A stretch of 64,000 nt of DNA. Source: Haliotis rufescens. Taxonomy: Eukaryota. Below the pieces are notes generated by a model. The model was not told the origin of the DNA. It did not search any database and saw only the letters and a list, made by a program, of their open reading frames with translations. The position numbers and the translations under genes are program-made. This document shows, piece by piece, positions 61,250-64,000 of the stretch (the stretch's first letter is position 1; every line of letters begins with the position of its first letter). The stretch covers positions 27,714,001 to 27,778,000 of the forward strand of contig NW_025964223.1 in NCBI RefSeq assembly GCF_023055435.1, given 5' to 3'.

Positions 61250-64000
61250 ACCACTGTTATACCTATAGGCTGTTGTCTCCCCCAACTGCTGCTTTTGCGA
61301 AATCTACCACAGAGATCTCAATTACCTCATGCAGCACTGGCGTAGCCACCTAGCTGCCATGTGACACCCTTCACTCGTCTCTTCGCTTGCTCTAGCAAGA
61401 CGTACAATAAACTGCTCAAGCGTTCCTGTTTCTCCGACCATTCGGTGATATTTATTACTGTTTATTCTCTCTAATAAACTGTGCTTTTACGGGGGGTTTG
61501 CTGTAACTACGCTTGGAAATATATTTCCCGCCAAAAGGAAATATTTTTCCCGCCCTTTTTTCTATATACTTGCGGGGTGTCTCGTATGCACGTTGCGTCT
61601 TACGTTCCCCTGTTCTAGTATATCTTGGGGTTTTTACATCACTTATTCCTCTATATGTTATATGTGTATGTTCTATATTCGCATTGCTCGTTTATTTTCT
61701 GGTGAAAATACTCGTTTGTGACTATTTGTGGTGCGTGTGTTGTAACCATGTTTTGCTCTTTGTTCATAGTACAAACAAAATGTCTGACATGGATGTTTCG
61801 CCGTCCTCCACCCCCTCTACCCCCGCAACCAGGAGCTGCAGGGTGTGCCGCAAGCGAGCGCTACCGGCTGTATGTGCAGTCCGTTTCCACCCCTGTGGTG
61901 GCCGGCTCGTCCGGTCGGGGTCCCCTTGCGGGTACCACCACCACGGCAGCGGCGGATCCCTTGGCGGCCCATGGGCTGTCCGGGGATTCCGTCGCTGCAT
62001 TACTTGCAAAACTTGTGGACTCCAAGCTGGCGGCCTTATCTCAGGATACGCCGCTGGCTGTTCCGTCCCTGGCCACTTTGGTGGCAGCGAGGTCGGACGC
62101 GGGGTCCACCGGTACGGCGGCGGCTCCCGTGGTCACCGGTCATTCCCCCGAACCGTTGCTCCCGCTATCGGTTAAGGACCGCGTGGCCATGGTTTATGAC
62201 CTCTTTGAGGACATGCCACGGCCCCGGCCGGTACCGCGGGGAATCCACGGCTCTGTGGGTTCCTCCGAGGTATACGATGAGCCTTCCGACACGGCTTTCC
62301 CCGCATCAACCTTGCTGCGCGGTATCAAGCCTTCCTTGGAGAACGCCTTCGCGGCGGCCTCCGGTCGGGGTCTCCCGTTGCCTCCGACGTCGTGGAGAAA
62401 GGGTTTATTCCCGGTACATGACCTTGCCTTTCCCGAGACTGGTCCTACCGCGGAGGCCCATGTTGAGCGTTTGGGTGTCCGTGCCCCACCGGCTGCTACG
62501 GTAACGCAAGCTACCTTGCACCAGCTGGCGCCCTCGCTCGGCACTCCATGCTTGCCATGTCTCACGGAGACACTCACTTGGCTGCAGCGGCCAGTCTGGT
62601 CGAAGGTTCTCCCACGGACCGTGACCAGCGCATTTACAACTGCCTGCTCAGTTTAAATGCTTCCCTGGAGTACGTTGCTGAGGACTCTTGGCACACACTT
62701 GCTCTTGTTGGGTCCCTGCATAGGCGCCTGGGTGCCGCTCCTAACCGGAGCGCGCCCCAGGCTGCTGCGGCCGGTAGGTCTGAGGGGTCGGGTTCTTCTT
62801 CCTCTCGGAAGAAGCCCCGCCCTGAGGGCTCCGGTATGGGCAATCAGCTGCGCTTTCGCGGGAAGACGGGGAACTGGGGGAAGCCCAAGTCATCTAAGGA
62901 CGGCAAGGGCCCCTCCAGGTGACTCTCATTGGAGGGGTTCGTATGCCGACAGCGCCAACTTCGGTTGGCCCTTAGGCGAACCCGAGTCACTTGGCCCTGG
63001 ACAGTTGCGCCTGCCGCAGCCTGTCCGGGCCCCCCTCTCATTCCCCAGTGGGAGCCAGACTTACTGGGAGAATTGGGAACAAGGGTTCGACGACCCGTGG
63101 GTGGTCAACACGATTCGGTACGGCTATCGGCTCGATCTCAAAGCGAATCCGCCGCTCACCGTTGCCCCGTCGGCAGGTTTCTATTCGGAAACCGATTTTC
63201 CCATCCTCGCCGATGCCATCGGCAGGTTGGTGGAGAAGGGGCAGTACGGGAGTTAGCTCTACCAGAAATAACACCGGGGTTTTACTCCAGGATATTTCTC
63301 GTTCCCAAGTAGGACAGTGTCGAACTCAGAATAATTCATACGTCCGCTCCCTGGCTGTTCACCCGGTTCACCACCCCCATAGTGGGGTTCCTCCACAGGA
63401 GGGGTGTCAGGTACTTCGCGTACCTGGACGACTCACTAGTTGCAAATTAAATGACGGACATGCTGTCTCGTTAGCTCGATTTTGCACTTTGGCTCTTGGA
63501 GCAATTGGGGTGGATTGTCAATCTCCCCAAGAGCGAGTTAACCGACTGTCGACTGACACGGTGACCCATCGCCTCTTTGTCCCCCCAGATCGGTGGCACA
63601 AGATTCAGGCGATGATTGCCAAAGTCTTAGCGGTGCCACAGACTGTTCACTTTTGGGAACAGCTGTTAGGGCTACCTGTGTCCGCCCTGGACTGCACCGA
63701 TCGGGGTCGTCTCCAACTCCGCCCGCTGCAACGGTTTCCAATCCAGTTGTTAGCACAGGAGGAGAACAGTGCGACCGTAGCCCTCGTAGATCGGCTCTGC
63801 CCGCATCTGGAGTGGTGGACGGTCCCTGACAATGTCTTATCAGGAGTCTCTATGCGGCCCTACCGGGCCACGTTGAACCTGTATACAGACGCCTCTCTAG
63901 TGGGCTGGGGCGCCCATCTAGAGGGGGAGGTGAGCTCGGGGCTGTGGTGCGTAGACGAACTAGGTCTTCACATCAATTGTCTCGAGTTCAAGGCAGTGAT
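61250..64000 (+). mobile_element. Third DIRS-type element (gag from 61780; RT/RNase H ~63050 to window end), degenerate and truncated by the window
   Basis: Motifs GFYSRIFLVPK, SAPWLFTR, YFAYLDDSL, LYTDASLVGWG and [11 protein letters not shown], with stops and an internal RT deletion. The left boundary is approximate. Confidence 0.88.

Noticed and set aside
60890-61250. Possible solo LTR or terminal repeat before the third DIRS element
   Set aside because: There is no second copy, TSD or clear terminus within the window.

Overview
Eukaryotic, intron-rich, repeat-dense genomic DNA, most likely a gastropod mollusc. The SINE families resemble ones I recognise from abalone (Haliotis); this is recognition, not a search result. 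Four gene models were built by hand from GT-AG sites with consistent phases. (A) A 4-exon, 99-aa secreted precursor with many dibasic sites (6372-8744, +). (B) A 5-exon, 1082-aa secreted protein with an Arg-rich region, E/R helical repeats and nine tandem 8-Cys modules (10401-20359, +). (C) A 5-exon, 437-aa uncharacterised gene (27635-39717, -). (D) nudC, head-to-head with C, 7 exons visible from 39932 and running off the window end. Weaker minus-strand exon-like segments lie at 0.7-5.1 kb. The nudC introns hold three different DIRS-type tyrosine-recombinase retrotransposons, all in sense orientation. One is full length with ITRs and an ICR, and all three show a splice-acceptor-like site just before gag. 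A nudC intron also holds a Penelope fragment with a complete minimal hammerhead ribozyme. Other elements are a full-length decayed Tc1 (DD34E), a Ginger-type deletion derivative, several MITEs, four SINE families, five satellite arrays and one 143-nt assembly gap. No CRISPR, rRNA or true tRNA genes were found.
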